Notes: generated from the sequence alone by a model not told the origin. Positions 9,171 to 19,680 are shown, counted from the first letter of the stretch. The stretch is 64,000 nt of DNA from an uncultured Gammaproteobacteria bacterium (GCA_964404855.1 CAYOLO010000002.1:131494-195493); one strand, 5' to 3'. Numbers and translations: made by a program.

Positions 9171-11143
9171 TATTTACAATAATTCAGACATTATATATTT
9201 GGGTAATTTTTTTAATTTTATCTTTTGTTTTTTACCCAATTGCTAAATTATATTTTTTAAAGTCTTTTGACAAAGGCTGGGTAGCAGCAAAAGTAATTTC
9301 GCTACTTGTAATTTCATACACAGCATACTTAATAGGGATACTTAAAATTTTTAAATTTAGTACTTTGGAGTTGTGGTTAATCTTGGGATTCTTTTTTGTT
9401 TTTATTAGGTTTATTTTTTGGAAAAGAAACAGAACGAGAGACAATGCAATTATTATTGATACTAGGTTTGTTGTTGTTGAATTAATTTTTCTTCTTCTAC
9501 TTATTTTAATGTCGCTAATTAGAGGATTTCAGCCTGATATTTATGGGCTTGAAAAATTTATGGATTACGGATTTATTCGATCAATAACTGAGGGAGCATA
9601 TTTCCCCCCAAAGGATATTTGGTGGGCAGGGGAGCCAATTAACTATTATTATTATGGACATTTATGGATCGCTGTTTTAATCAAAATTTCAGGAATTGAC
9701 CCCGCTGTTGGATACAATATCGGCCTAAGTACTATCTTTGCCTTAAGTACTACTTTAATAATTATTACAGTCAGGACTTGGACAAAAAATATTTGGTTTG
9801 GCTTTTTGGGAGCGTTCATACACTCAGGGATTGGTAATTTACAATTTATTACAACCGTTTTCAAAAAGGGTTGGGATCAATACTGGTACCCTGATGCGTC
9901 AAGATTAATACCTGGAGTTATAACTGAGTTTCCTGTTTATAGTTATGTTGTTTATGATCTCCATGCTCATGTTATTAACATTCCCGTAGCAATCTTAATC
10001 TTGGGATTAATTGGTCAGATATTTTTGAATAAAACTTTTCGATATATAGACTCGGTTTTATTAGGGTTTATTTTAGGAATTTGTTTTATGTCTAACGCTT
10101 GGGACCTTCCAATTTATTTAACTGTTGCTTTTATTGCCGTAGCGTTTTTTACGTTGAAAAATGTTTTTACAAAAAAAGATTTATTTCACTTAATAAAAAA
10201 AATTGCTTTAACGTTTGCAACAATATCAATTACTGTTTTACCTTTTTTAATATTTTTCAAAAAGGTTGATGCTCCGATTTTATTTACTGATTATCACAGT
10301 CCAATATATATGATGTTTCAATTGTGGGGTTTCTGGTTAATTGTTGCGTTTAGTTTTTTTACTTTTTTATTAATTTTTAGAAGGAAAATTAAATATTTTG
10401 ATTGGTTTATAGTTGCTTTATTTATTTCCGCATTATTATTTTTAATAATTCCAGAATTTGTTTATGTTAAAGATATTTACGGTCAAGATTATCAAAGAGC
10501 AAATACGGTTTTCAAGCTAACTTATCAAAGTTGGAATATTTTTGCATTGGCATCTGCTTATGCTATTTGGCGTATTTTAACTAAAAATAATTTGGGCAAA
10601 TTTAGATTTGCTAAGTACGCTTGGATAATAGTTATCTTTGCTTTAATTGGAAGTTGTTTTGCATATACTATTAAAGCTTATATGACAGGTTATGGAGATT
10701 TTAAAAACTTTTATGGATTAAACGGAGAAAAATTTGTAAAACGAATCTATAGCGATGATGAAATGTTGGGAATAAATTGGATTAAAGATAATACAGATTC
10801 TGAAAATGTAGTTTTAGAAGCAAGTGGTGATAGTTATACAGACTACCAAAGAATATCCATAAATACCGGTCGTCCAACAGTGGTAGGTTGGGCTGTGCAT
10901 GAGTGGTTATGGAGAGGTGGATTTGATCCAGTTGGAGCAAGACAGGCTGACGTACAGACAATTTACACAACTAATGATGATCAAATTTTTAAAGAATTAG
11001 CAAATAAATATAAAATTTCATTTATATATTTAGGCAACTTAGAAAAGCAAAAATATTTAAATATTCCGGGACTTGGATTAATAAATAATACAACCGAGGT
11101 ATATTCGAATCCGAATGTGACTATTTATAAAGTTAAGAATTAG
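9167..11143 (+). CDS. DUF2298 / YYY-motif membrane protein (putative GT-C)
   Basis: EKFMD, INYYYYGH, EFPVYS, DLHAH, NTVFK, GWAVHEWLWR motifs. Confidence 0.85.
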   Translation: MIFTIIQTLYIWVIFLILSFVFYPIAKLYFLKSFDKGWVAAKVISLLVISYTAYLIGILKIFKFSTLELWLILGFFFVFIRFIFWKRNRTRDNAIIIDTRFVVVELIFLLLLILMSLIRGFQPDIYGLEKFMDYGFIRSITEGAYFPPKDIWWAGEPINYYYYGHLWIAVLIKISGIDPAVGYNIGLSTIFALSTTLIIITVRTWTKNIWFGFLGAFIHSGIGNLQFITTVFKKGWDQYWYPDASRLIPGVITEFPVYSYVVYDLHAHVINIPVAILILGLIGQIFLNKTFRYIDSVLLGFILGICFMSNAWDLPIYLTVAFIAVAFFTLKNVFTKKDLFHLIKKIALTFATISITVLPFLIFFKKVDAPILFTDYHSPIYMMFQLWGFWLIVAFSFFTFLLIFRRKIKYFDWFIVALFISALLFLIIPEFVYVKDIYGQDYQRANTVFKLTYQSWNIFALASAYAIWRILTKNNLGKFRFAKYAWIIVIFALIGSCFAYTIKAYMTGYGDFKNFYGLNGEKFVKRIYSDDEMLGINWIKDNTDSENVVLEASGDSYTDYQRISINTGRPTVVGWAVHEWLWRGGFDPVGARQADVQTIYTTNDDQIFKELANKYKISFIYLGNLEKQKYLNIPGLGLINNTTEVYSNPNVTIYKVKN

Positions 11144-12419
11144 TAATTAGATCAGAAATTTTTTTCGCTTCTCTTATTGCATAGTTTGTTCCTCTATCAA
11201 ATGGATAGATTTGTGACATAGTACAAAGATAAAGATTTTTTACAGGCGTTTTTTGTGTAGGTATAGATTTGTAATAGTTATTTTCGACAATTGGTTGAGC
11301 GTAAAGCGCGTTAAATTTTGAATAACTTTCAATCCATTTTTCCGAAAATTTTGGATTTATTTTTTTTAGATATGGAATAAATAATTTTAAATTATTTTCT
11401 ATAGAGTTAGTAAATAACTGATTAGTGTGATTTAAATAATTCCCAATATAAAGCACTGATTTGTTTTTGTATGGCTTACGAGGTACAAAGTTTGTATGTT
11501 CAATTAAAACTAAAAATGGAAAATCTTTTTCCATAATATTCAACCAGTAGTAATCCATAAAAGATTTTTTAAGTACCAAATTGAGGGTAGTTGCTGAAAT
11601 CATTTCTTTTAATTTTAAGTTTTTGGCATACTTTGTGTTTTTAATCTCAGGGGTTATTTTTTCAAATACAGAAGGCGGTGTGGTTGCAACGACATAATCA
11701 TATAATTTTGACTTTTGACCAAAGGTGATTTTGATTTTTTTATTTTTAGTTGATTTGATGTTGACTACTGGAGAGTCAAGATAAATGTTTCCGTTATTTT
11801 CTTTAATTTTTGCAACTAGTGATTTAAAAAATATTTCGTACCCACCAGTAAAATATCCCAGCTTGGCTGTTCGTGAGTGAATTCTTGCCCAAAACCAGGA
11901 CATTGATATTTTTTCAGAATAACTACCAAATTTTGCAACAAGTAATGGTTCCCAAACCTTGGTGTAACTTTGTAACCCAAAATATTTGATAATCCAATTT
12001 TTAGCTGTAATATTTTCGAATTTTTTGTAGTTTTTCGTTTTTTTTAAATATGCAGCAACTAATCCGGTTCGGATTCTTGAATAAATACTAATTGGTTTGA
12101 ATTTTAATAAATCAATTGGCGAGGAAAAAGGGAAAATTTTTCCATCAATAAACACACCATCTTTAGATTTTTTAAAATGAAGAGACTTTGATAGCCCTAA
12201 TTCCTGAACTAAACCTCTAAAATATTTATCACTATAAAACATATGGTGAACAAATTTTTCAGTTGGCTTACCTTCAACAGAATAAGATCCCCCTAATCCA
12301 CCGATATCACTACTACTTTCAAAAACATCAACCTTTAATCCTTTTTGTGATAGGTAGTAAGCCGCAGACAGACCACAAGCTCCCGCCCCAATAACTGCGA
12401 CTGATTTAGTTTTTAGCAT
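11133..12419 (-). CDS. FAD-dependent oxidoreductase (protoporphyrinogen/amine oxidase family)
   Basis: N-terminal GAGACG dinucleotide motif, IYPFDRGTNYA C-terminus. Confidence 0.85.
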   Translation of the reverse strand: MLKTKSVAVIGAGACGLSAAYYLSQKGLKVDVFESSSDIGGLGGSYSVEGKPTEKFVHHMFYSDKYFRGLVQELGLSKSLHFKKSKDGVFIDGKIFPFSSPIDLLKFKPISIYSRIRTGLVAAYLKKTKNYKKFENITAKNWIIKYFGLQSYTKVWEPLLVAKFGSYSEKISMSWFWARIHSRTAKLGYFTGGYEIFFKSLVAKIKENNGNIYLDSPVVNIKSTKNKKIKITFGQKSKLYDYVVATTPPSVFEKITPEIKNTKYAKNLKLKEMISATTLNLVLKKSFMDYYWLNIMEKDFPFLVLIEHTNFVPRKPYKNKSVLYIGNYLNHTNQLFTNSIENNLKLFIPYLKKINPKFSEKWIESYSKFNALYAQPIVENNYYKSIPTQKTPVKNLYLCTMSQIYPFDRGTNYAIREAKKISDLITNS

Positions 12420-13575
12420 TGGAATTAAAGACTTTAGGATTAGTTAATTTATCAAGGACGTGGAACCTTTGATTTTTTTCATCGGAAGAAATGTCGTCAC
12501 CAAAAGCCTTGTGGGCTGCGGTAATTGACCTATCTGAATATTCAGACACATACCCAACGCTAAACCCTACATTTTTACAAAGCTTGACCGTGTTATTAAA
12601 AGCTGCTTCGCTTTCGCCAGGGAACCCAACAATAATATCAGTACCGATTTCAACATTAGGAATATTTTTTCTAATTTTTTTAACTAAATTAAGATATTCT
12701 TTACTGGTATACCAGCGATTCATTTTTTTGAGTATTTCATCGTCTCCTGACTGCACTGGTAAATGGATATACCTGTCTATTGTTTGATTATCAGCAATAA
12801 CTTTTATCAGCTCGTCAGAAAAATCCCAAGGGTTCGATGTTAAAAACGATATTTTGGTCAATTTTTTATTTTTTGCCAATTCTTCAAGAAGCTGGGGGAA
12901 AATTGTTGGAATTCTTAATCTACCAAGATGTGAAACCCAAATTGGTTTAATTTTTTTTCCGTTAGGTAATTGATACAACTTACTTTTTTTAACCAAATCG
13001 GAACCATAAGAATTAACATTTTGACCAAGTAAGGTAATGTGATTGTAACCATTGTCGGTTAAATTTTTTACTTCAGAAATTATTTCTTCAAAAGGCCTTG
13101 AAACCTCTCTTCCTCTGGTGAAGGGGACAACACAAAAAGTGCAAAAATTATTGCATCCGTTTGAAATAGGAACCCAAGCATGTTTTAAATCTTTTCTAAT
13201 TGCAGGATACGAAAACCCAACTTCCTCTAGAGGTAAAAATTCGTCGACTTCAGGTAGCCAATATATTAGTTTTTTTAATGCTTTACCTGTTGGGTCGTGT
13301 GCTGCCATTCCCACCATACAACCTGTAAGGGTAATTTTTGCGGATGATTTTTGAGATTTAATATTAGTTACTAATCCTCTGACTCTATCTTCGGCACTTT
13401 GTCTTATTGAGCAGGTATTAATAATAATTTCGTCCGCTTGTCTTAAACTATTAACCTCTTCAAAACCTCGACTTTTATAAAAACCAGAAATTCTCTCTGA
13501 GTCAGAGTAATTAGCTTGACAGCCAAATGTTTTGATAAAATATTTAGGAGTTTTCTCCGCTTTTTTTGTCTTCAT
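12406..13575 (-). CDS. miaB: MiaB-like radical SAM methylthiotransferase (no TRAM domain evident)
   Basis: TFGCQAN, NTCSIRQSAE, CNNFCTFCVVP, HLPVQSG, TDIIVGFPGE. Confidence 0.88.
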   Translation of the reverse strand: MKTKKAEKTPKYFIKTFGCQANYSDSERISGFYKSRGFEEVNSLRQADEIIINTCSIRQSAEDRVRGLVTNIKSQKSSAKITLTGCMVGMAAHDPTGKALKKLIYWLPEVDEFLPLEEVGFSYPAIRKDLKHAWVPISNGCNNFCTFCVVPFTRGREVSRPFEEIISEVKNLTDNGYNHITLLGQNVNSYGSDLVKKSKLYQLPNGKKIKPIWVSHLGRLRIPTIFPQLLEELAKNKKLTKISFLTSNPWDFSDELIKVIADNQTIDRYIHLPVQSGDDEILKKMNRWYTSKEYLNLVKKIRKNIPNVEIGTDIIVGFPGESEAAFNNTVKLCKNVGFSVGYVSEYSDRSITAAHKAFGDDISSDEKNQRFHVLDKLTNPKVFNSNAKN

Positions 13576-13978
13576 TTGATCCAAATATCCAAATTCCTTT
13601 TGATGAGTATTTTAGCGAACTAACAGGCTTGGCACCAATCAATTCACTTTTTAAAATTTTTTTATCTCTAACCTCGGCTCTTAATAAAGCTTTTCTTAGA
13701 CCACCGGTACCGTTTTCAATTCTACGAGCAATTCGCATAACAGTGTCGGTTCCAACCCCTGCTTTGCTAGCTGCCTGTCGAACAGATTGTCCTTGAGATA
13801 ATAATCTTGCTACATACCACCTGTGAGAAATCATTCTTAGTTCTGATTCTGTTAGCAAGTCAGTAATAAATGATTTCCAATTATCTCTGGAAGACGAAAG
13901 GTCAGTGAAAATGTCAAATAAAAACTCGACTTCAGATAATGACTTTTTATTAGCTTTGGAAAATTGAGGTTTTGCCAT
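13544..13978 (-). CDS. YerC/YecD (TrpR-like) HTH protein
   Basis: DLLTESELRMISHRWYVARLL...GVGTDTVMRI pattern. Confidence 0.8.
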   Translation of the reverse strand: MAKPQFSKANKKSLSEVEFLFDIFTDLSSSRDNWKSFITDLLTESELRMISHRWYVARLLSQGQSVRQAASKAGVGTDTVMRIARRIENGTGGLRKALLRAEVRDKKILKSELIGAKPVSSLKYSSKGIWIFGSNEDKKSGENS

Positions 13979-14045
13979 ATGTATGGATACAGTTATTAAA
14001 GCGCAATAATAAACCATTATTAATAATAATTCAACTGAAAGTTAA

Positions 14046-14318
14046 TTATTTAATGTGTTTCTTAAGACTTTTTCCAGCCGTAAAGCCAGGAATTTTGTGT
14101 CCGGGGATGTTAATCTGGCCGCCAGTCTGAGGATTCCTGCCTCTTCTTGTTGCTCTTTTTCTAACTTTAAAGGTCCCAAAACCAGTCAATACAACCTTAT
14201 CGCCTTTTGCGAGAGAGTCTCTGATTGCAATTAGCATCGCATCGACTGCGGTAGATGCTGCTTTCTTGGTTAAGCCTGCTTTTTTAGCTACTTTTTCAAT
14301 TATTTCGTTTTTTGTCAT
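14046..14318 (-). CDS. hup: HU DNA-binding protein
   Basis: GFGTFKVRKRATRRGRNPQTG. Confidence 0.96.
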   Translation of the reverse strand: MTKNEIIEKVAKKAGLTKKAASTAVDAMLIAIRDSLAKGDKVVLTGFGTFKVRKRATRRGRNPQTGGQINIPGHKIPGFTAGKSLKKHIK

Positions 14319-14378
14319 TGAAGCCTTTCACCTCCTTGGTGAGGTTAATTATGAGATTTATACTATTCTAACAAACTT

Positions 14379-15953
14379 TTAATTAGTTTGGTCAGATGCT
14401 CTTGTTTCTCTGATGACAGTAACTTTAATTTGTCCAGGCCTCATCGCAATTTCTGTCTCAAGCCTTCTAGCAATATCATGAGCTAGGGTATTAATTCCTT
14501 TATCATCAACTTTTTCAGGCTTCACAATAACCCTAACTTCGCGACCAGCTTGAATTGCGAATGATTTCTCTACTTCAGGATAAGAGTCCGCAACTTTTTC
14601 AATATTGGACAATCTATCAATATACTCTTCAACTGGTTCGTGTCTTGCACCGGGACGAGAGCCAGAGATTGCGTCAGCAATATAAACAATCATTGATTCC
14701 ACTGAAGAAAATGGTTCATCCTCATGGTGTTGTGCAATACAATCAATCGCGGCTTGTGGAACGCTATATTTTTTTGCAAGCTCTACCCCTTTTGTAACGT
14801 GGGTTCCGTCAGTTTTGGCGACAATTTTACCAACGTCGTGAAGCAAACAACCAAGCTTGACGATATTCACATCAGCGCCGACTTCGTTAGCTAGCGCGAT
14901 ACCAATTTTGGTTTCTTCGAGCGTGTGAACAATTAAGTTTTGTCCGTACGAGAATCGATACTTAAATCGTCCAAGCATTTTGACTAAATCAGGATGTAAA
15001 TTATAGACTCCGACAGCATGACAAAGTTTTTGACCTTCTACGGCCATAATCTTTTCCAGTTCGCTCTTTGTCTGTTCGTATATTTCTTCAATTCTTGTGG
15101 GTTGAATTCTTTGATCTTTAATTAGACGTTCCATTGTGACTCTGGCAATTTCTCTCCTTACAGGATCAAAACATGAAAGGCGAATTTGATTTGGTACATC
15201 TGTATCAAAATCAACGTCGACCCCAGTAATTGTTTCATATGTACGGATATTGCGACCTTCTTTACCAATGATTCTACCCTTAATATCTTCGGATGGTAAA
15301 TTCACAACAGAAGTAGTGTACTCAGCAACATAATCAGTCGCCCCATGTAGCATCGAGTCAGTTAGTATTTCTCTGGCTTTTTCATCAGATTTTTCTTTAA
15401 TCGTCTCTTCTGCCTCTTTTATTCTTTTTTCTATTTCGTCGGATAGCTCCATTTCCAAACTTGAGAGTAATTTTTGCTGAGCTTCATTTTTTGTCATCCC
15501 TGCAGATTTTTCTAAAGTTTTTAGAAGTGCTTCACGGTCTTGTTCAAGTTTTTTCTTTAATTCTTCTATTTCCTTTGCTCTTTTTTCTAAATCAATGTTT
15601 TTTGACTCTGTTTCAGCAAGCGCACGAGTTATTTCTGCTTGCTCTCTTAAGATTTTTTGCTGCAATTCTAGAGATTTTCTTTGTGTATCTTTAAGGTCAT
15701 TTTCTACTTGTTTTTTCATTTGAAAAACCTGATCTCTGGCTTCAAGAATAATTTCTCTAGCTTTCGACTGGGCTTCAAGTACTACAGTGTGTTGTTCGAC
15801 AGAGACAGATTGTATTTTTACCGTTTTACCATCTGCTTGGCTTTGGGTTTGCTGTGATTGTGACGACACAACAGTAGAGACGCTTCGTTTTTTGACTGGC
15901 GCTACAGGCTGAGAGTCTTCGATTGTTTTGATGAATTTTCCAAATATTGACAT
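14379..15953 (-). CDS. rny: ribonuclease Y
   Basis: Coiled coil, KH (KGRIIGKEGRNIR), HD domain (LLHDVGK), DAISGSRPGAR. Confidence 0.95.
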   Translation of the reverse strand: MSIFGKFIKTIEDSQPVAPVKKRSVSTVVSSQSQQTQSQADGKTVKIQSVSVEQHTVVLEAQSKAREIILEARDQVFQMKKQVENDLKDTQRKSLELQQKILREQAEITRALAETESKNIDLEKRAKEIEELKKKLEQDREALLKTLEKSAGMTKNEAQQKLLSSLEMELSDEIEKRIKEAEETIKEKSDEKAREILTDSMLHGATDYVAEYTTSVVNLPSEDIKGRIIGKEGRNIRTYETITGVDVDFDTDVPNQIRLSCFDPVRREIARVTMERLIKDQRIQPTRIEEIYEQTKSELEKIMAVEGQKLCHAVGVYNLHPDLVKMLGRFKYRFSYGQNLIVHTLEETKIGIALANEVGADVNIVKLGCLLHDVGKIVAKTDGTHVTKGVELAKKYSVPQAAIDCIAQHHEDEPFSSVESMIVYIADAISGSRPGARHEPVEEYIDRLSNIEKVADSYPEVEKSFAIQAGREVRVIVKPEKVDDKGINTLAHDIARRLETEIAMRPGQIKVTVIRETRASDQTN

Positions 15954-16130
15954 TTTTCTCCTTTTTTTTGGAGAAATCTGAAACCAAAAGAACAAAAATA
16001 GATTATGACTGATTAAAAATAAAAATCAGGTGAGATTCTAAACTATGAGAAAAATATGTTTTCTTTCCAAGAATCATAATACTATTACTTTTGATACAAA
16101 TTTCGCGTAACTAATAAATTTGAGCTGATT

Positions 16131-16760
16131 TTAGACTTTTTTTAGCTTTAAGTCAATTGCTTTTTTAGATGTTTGATAATCGAAACCCTTGGAAATCAAA
16201 TATCTAATTAGGTTGTTTTTTACTTTAAAGTCGATTTTGTCTTGAGGTTTAAAATTTTTAATTTTTTTATCCAAACATTTTTGGGCTAAGTCAATTTCTA
16301 ACACCTCTGAATACTTTAATATTTTATTAATTATTTCTTTATCTACTCCTTTTTGGGCTAATTCCATCTGAATTAATTTTTTACCTTTGTTTATCTTTTG
16401 CCTGGCTAACATAAACCAAGACGCAAAAGCCTCATCATTTATTACCGATAGTTTTTTAAGCTTTTTAATAATTCTTGAAATCTCTTTTTCGCTTTGTTCT
16501 TTTCTTTTTAGATAATCAGTTATTTCTTTTTCTGAGTGCGGTCTCGAGGTTGAAAATCGAAACGCCAAATCAAAAATATTTTTGTCGATTTTTGATTTTT
16601 TTAGCGATGTAATTTGTGATTTAGAAATTTCATCACCTAGTTTAATTTTTTTAGTAAAAACATCTTCAATATTTACTGAAAATGCATATTTCCCATCAAG
16701 AAAAATATTAACTAAGTCTTTTCTCCTAACTTGGGCAGAAATCTTGGTAACCTTTGGCAT
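16131..16760 (-). CDS. recX: RecX regulatory protein
   Basis: Directly after recA; RPHSEKE, INDEAFA, YLISKGF. Confidence 0.88.
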   Translation of the reverse strand: MPKVTKISAQVRRKDLVNIFLDGKYAFSVNIEDVFTKKIKLGDEISKSQITSLKKSKIDKNIFDLAFRFSTSRPHSEKEITDYLKRKEQSEKEISRIIKKLKKLSVINDEAFASWFMLARQKINKGKKLIQMELAQKGVDKEIINKILKYSEVLEIDLAQKCLDKKIKNFKPQDKIDFKVKNNLIRYLISKGFDYQTSKKAIDLKLKKV

Positions 16761-17801
16761 CTACGACTTTAGATTAAAAGCCTCGCGAATCTTTTTTTCA
16801 ATCTCTGATGATTTTTTAGGATTTTCAAGTAAAGCTATTTTTGCCGCTTCTTTGCCTTGACCTAATATTTCACCTTCGTATTTATAAAATGATCCAGATT
16901 TTTCAATTATCCCTAGTTCGATACCAATATCAATAAGACTACCTTCTTTAGATATACCACTGTCCCCCATAATATCGAATTCTGCCTGCTTAAAAGGCGG
17001 GGCTACTTTATTCTTTACAACTTTAACGCGATGACGAGAACCTATGACTACTTCACCGTCTTTTATGTTTTCAATCTTTCTGGAGTCAAGTCTAATAGTT
17101 GAATAAAATTTAAGTGCCTTACCTCCAGTGGTTGTTTCTGGATTACCAAACATAACACCAATTTTTTCTCTGAGTTGGTTGGTAAATACAACTACGGTTT
17201 TTGACTTAGAAATAGCGCCAGTTAATTTTCTTAACGCTTGTGACATTAGTCTGGCTTGAAGTCCCATTACGGAGTCACCCATTTCACCTTCTATTTCTGC
17301 CCTTGGGACAAGAGCAGCAACTGAGTCGATGACTAATACATCGATTGCACCAGACCTAATAAGGGTTTCGGCAATCTCTAAGGCTTGTTCACCAGTGTCG
17401 GGTTGAGAAATAAGCAATTCATCAAGATTAACTCCTATTTGCGAGGCTCTTTGCGGATCAAGAGCGTGTTCTGCGTCAATAAAGGCTGCAGAGCCACCTT
17501 TTTTTTGAGCTTCAGCAATTAAATGTAAGGCAATTGTTGTTTTACCTGAAGCTTCAGGTCCATATATTTCAATGATTCTTCCGCGTGGGAAACCGCCAAC
17601 TCCAAGTGCAAGATCTAGCGCAATTGAACCAGACGGGATTACTTCAATATCAAACTTTGGTCCATTTTCCCCCATCTTCATGATTGATCCTTTACCATAT
17701 GATTTTTCGATTGAATCAATAGCGTTTTGAATTGCTTGAAGACGCGCTGAAGAATCAGAGTGAGCGATAGTTTCTACGGGGGGGTTGTTGCTTTTTTTCA
17801 T
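16761..17801 (-). CDS. recA: recombinase A
   Basis: [31 protein letters not shown]. Confidence 0.99.
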   Translation of the reverse strand: MKKSNNPPVETIAHSDSSARLQAIQNAIDSIEKSYGKGSIMKMGENGPKFDIEVIPSGSIALDLALGVGGFPRGRIIEIYGPEASGKTTIALHLIAEAQKKGGSAAFIDAEHALDPQRASQIGVNLDELLISQPDTGEQALEIAETLIRSGAIDVLVIDSVAALVPRAEIEGEMGDSVMGLQARLMSQALRKLTGAISKSKTVVVFTNQLREKIGVMFGNPETTTGGKALKFYSTIRLDSRKIENIKDGEVVIGSRHRVKVVKNKVAPPFKQAEFDIMGDSGISKEGSLIDIGIELGIIEKSGSFYKYEGEILGQGKEAAKIALLENPKKSSEIEKKIREAFNLKS

Positions 17802-17955
17802 TGTTTTTTTATTTTTTATTTATACTGTGCTTATTCATACTAGCAAAGAAAACCCGAATGTCAATATTTTTTGAAAATTGATGTATTGATACGCTGGTAC
17901 AAATTAATTAAACAAAACTTATAGAAAAAGTTGTAGAATATCAAAGCTAAATTTT

Positions 17956-18029
17956 CGGGGTGTGGCGCAGCTGGCTAGCGCGCAGAGCTGGGGGCTCTGA
18001 GGTCGAAGGTTCAAGCCCTTTCACCCCGA
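17956..18029 (+). tRNA. tRNA-Pro(GGG)
   Basis: Cloverleaf cggggtg...caccccg, anticodon stem cagag/ctctg with loop ctGGGgg, GGTTCAAG T-loop; CCA not encoded. Confidence 0.93.
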
Positions 18030-18030
18030 C

Positions 18031-18582
18031 TTAATTTGATTTTTTAGGAATTGCTGTGGGTTGAATCTGATTTTTAATAAGAAACGATTCGACGATTTTA
18101 TTGGATGGAGTTTCAACTTGCTCGTCTGATTCTTCAGAAAGTATGTAGTAGTTGTGATTGGTTACATCAGTTCCGCCTTGAAAGATATTTACATATGTAT
18201 CAGCGTTCTTAACTGCTGATCCGGCTTTAAAATATCTCGTTCCCCCTGTTTCATTTTTTTTTGCTAACCAGCCAATATATTGCTTGCCTTCACTTGGCTC
18301 TTTGAGGTTATTTATCTTGACATACAAAGTAAATGACCCGCCAAAGAACGAGGTGTGCGCTTTACCAGTAAGTCCTAAATTATTTACATCAACAATGTCG
18401 CCTGAATATTGATAACTTAGCTGATCTGGGCTGAGAATTTTTTCGTATTTTGATCCCGAATTTTGAATGCCTTGTGCTTGTGAAATTGATTTGGTCATAT
18501 TCTCGATTAGAATAAAACCAGCCATTATGACCGCCACAACAACAACTAATAGCAAAATAAGTACATTCCCTTTTTGGTCCAT
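18031..18582 (-). CDS. hypothetical membrane-anchored/secreted protein
   Basis: KG-hydrophobic N-terminus (pilin-like signal), 183 aa. Confidence 0.6.
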   Translation of the reverse strand: MDQKGNVLILLLVVVVAVIMAGFILIENMTKSISQAQGIQNSGSKYEKILSPDQLSYQYSGDIVDVNNLGLTGKAHTSFFGGSFTLYVKINNLKEPSEGKQYIGWLAKKNETGGTRYFKAGSAVKNADTYVNIFQGGTDVTNHNYYILSEESDEQVETPSNKIVESFLIKNQIQPTAIPKKSN

Positions 18583-18631
18583 TGTCTAATTTTTAAAAAC
18601 ATAGAAGATTAAGTCAACAGGTTGAAATTAC

Positions 18632-18713
18632 AAAAAAAAAAAAAAAAGGAGGGAGTACTAAGCGTTTGGCGTTGACCAACCCTTTTAGCCAAGCTTTACA
18701 ACTTAGTACTCCC
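18632..18713 (-). terminator. intrinsic terminator of the 3D-domain gene
   Basis: Inverted repeat gggagtactaag/cttagtactccc followed on the minus strand by a 16-T run. Confidence 0.7.
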
Positions 18714-18761
18714 CGCATGAACAAATTAAAACTCTAGCGATGCCGGTCGCTTATGGTCTTA

Positions 18762-19400
18762 CTATGGCACTTCTGATATTGCCATGTACCTGTTTGAGAT
18801 CCCAGACTTGTACAGCGACTCGTTCGTTTCAAAGAAGACATCGACCTGAGTGAACTCGAGGTGACCTCTATCCTCACAAACTACGATGCCATAGCCAGAA
18901 ATCTCCAGTTTTTGGCCCAGTTGCCATTTGGCACCACAAGCTGCGGCACCGACGTAGACGGCCTGACCGGAAGACATGTTTCCGCAATATCCTCCGCCGT
19001 CCCAGATTGGGAAACCACTAACCTGATGGCAGTAGTAACCAGTAACTTTGCTCTGAACCTGTACACCACCAGTTGAGGCTGCAGAAACCGCCTGAGCTGT
19101 TTCTGGAGTTGGTGTTGCGATTCTTGGTTGAACCGTTGGTGCTACCGTAGGCTCAATGGTAGGCGTGTTCGTGACCTCGACAACCAGTGTTGGTGATGAG
19201 GTAGGCAAATCAGCCTGAGTTGCGATCTCGTACACTTGAGGCGTCTGAGATGAAATCTCCGCAGCTGCTTTGGGTAGCTGTTCGGACTGAGATGGAACGC
19301 AGCTGGTCATAAAAATTATGACTAGCAGCATGACTCCGACCGGCCGCCAAAGATCTTGCAGCTGGTTTTCTGCGTGCTTTTGCGTAAACGCTTGGCGCAC
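18762..19400 (-). CDS. 3D-domain lipoprotein (peptidoglycan lytic transglycosylase-like)
   Basis: Lipobox MTSC, Pro/Thr linker, TGYY...AAC...EDRG...VDVFF; GTG start with AGGAGG SD. Confidence 0.8.
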   Translation of the reverse strand: MRQAFTQKHAENQLQDLWRPVGVMLLVIIFMTSCVPSQSEQLPKAAAEISSQTPQVYEIATQADLPTSSPTLVVEVTNTPTIEPTVAPTVQPRIATPTPETAQAVSAASTGGVQVQSKVTGYYCHQVSGFPIWDGGGYCGNMSSGQAVYVGAAACGAKWQLGQKLEISGYGIVVCEDRGHLEFTQVDVFFETNESLYKSGISNRYMAISEVP

Positions 19401-19444
19401 AAAATCCTCCTGTTACTTCATTTGGTTACCCGGGGCAATTTTTG

Positions 19445-19612
19445 GGGAAGAAACGAAAAACCTCTGGTAAGATTTTAAAAATCCACACAGAGGAAGCGTA
19501 CTGAAACTTCCTTTGCACCCAAGTTGAGCGTAGGGTTGCGGATGCTTGCTGACTTGCGGTGGAAGAACCGCGGACTTGCTCTCACTTTTTAGGTGAGAAC
19601 AGTTTTGGCATC
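19445..19612 (-). promoter_or_regulatory. candidate structured 5' leader RNA ending in an intrinsic terminator
   Basis: Minus strand: GAUGC/GCAUC closing stem, two internal hairpins, CCUCUG...CAGAGG-UUUUU terminator, TAAAAT box just upstream. Confidence 0.5.
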
Positions 19613-19680
19613 ACTATATTTTAATTCTGAGGTATTTTACCTATTTTCTGGATATTGTACAACTCGCTACGAAAAAATTA

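Noticed and set aside
17956-18029. tRNA as a prophage/ICE attachment site
   Set aside because: No integrase, and no duplicated tRNA 3' end seen in the window
18632-18647. 16-A homopolymer as a phase-variation tract
   Set aside because: Intergenic and adjacent to a terminator hairpin; most simply its U-tract, and the length may be a sequencing artefact
19445-19612. c-di-AMP (ydaO) or c-di-GMP riboswitch
   Set aside because: Gene context fits, but the consensus motifs were not found by eye; kept only as an unknown leader
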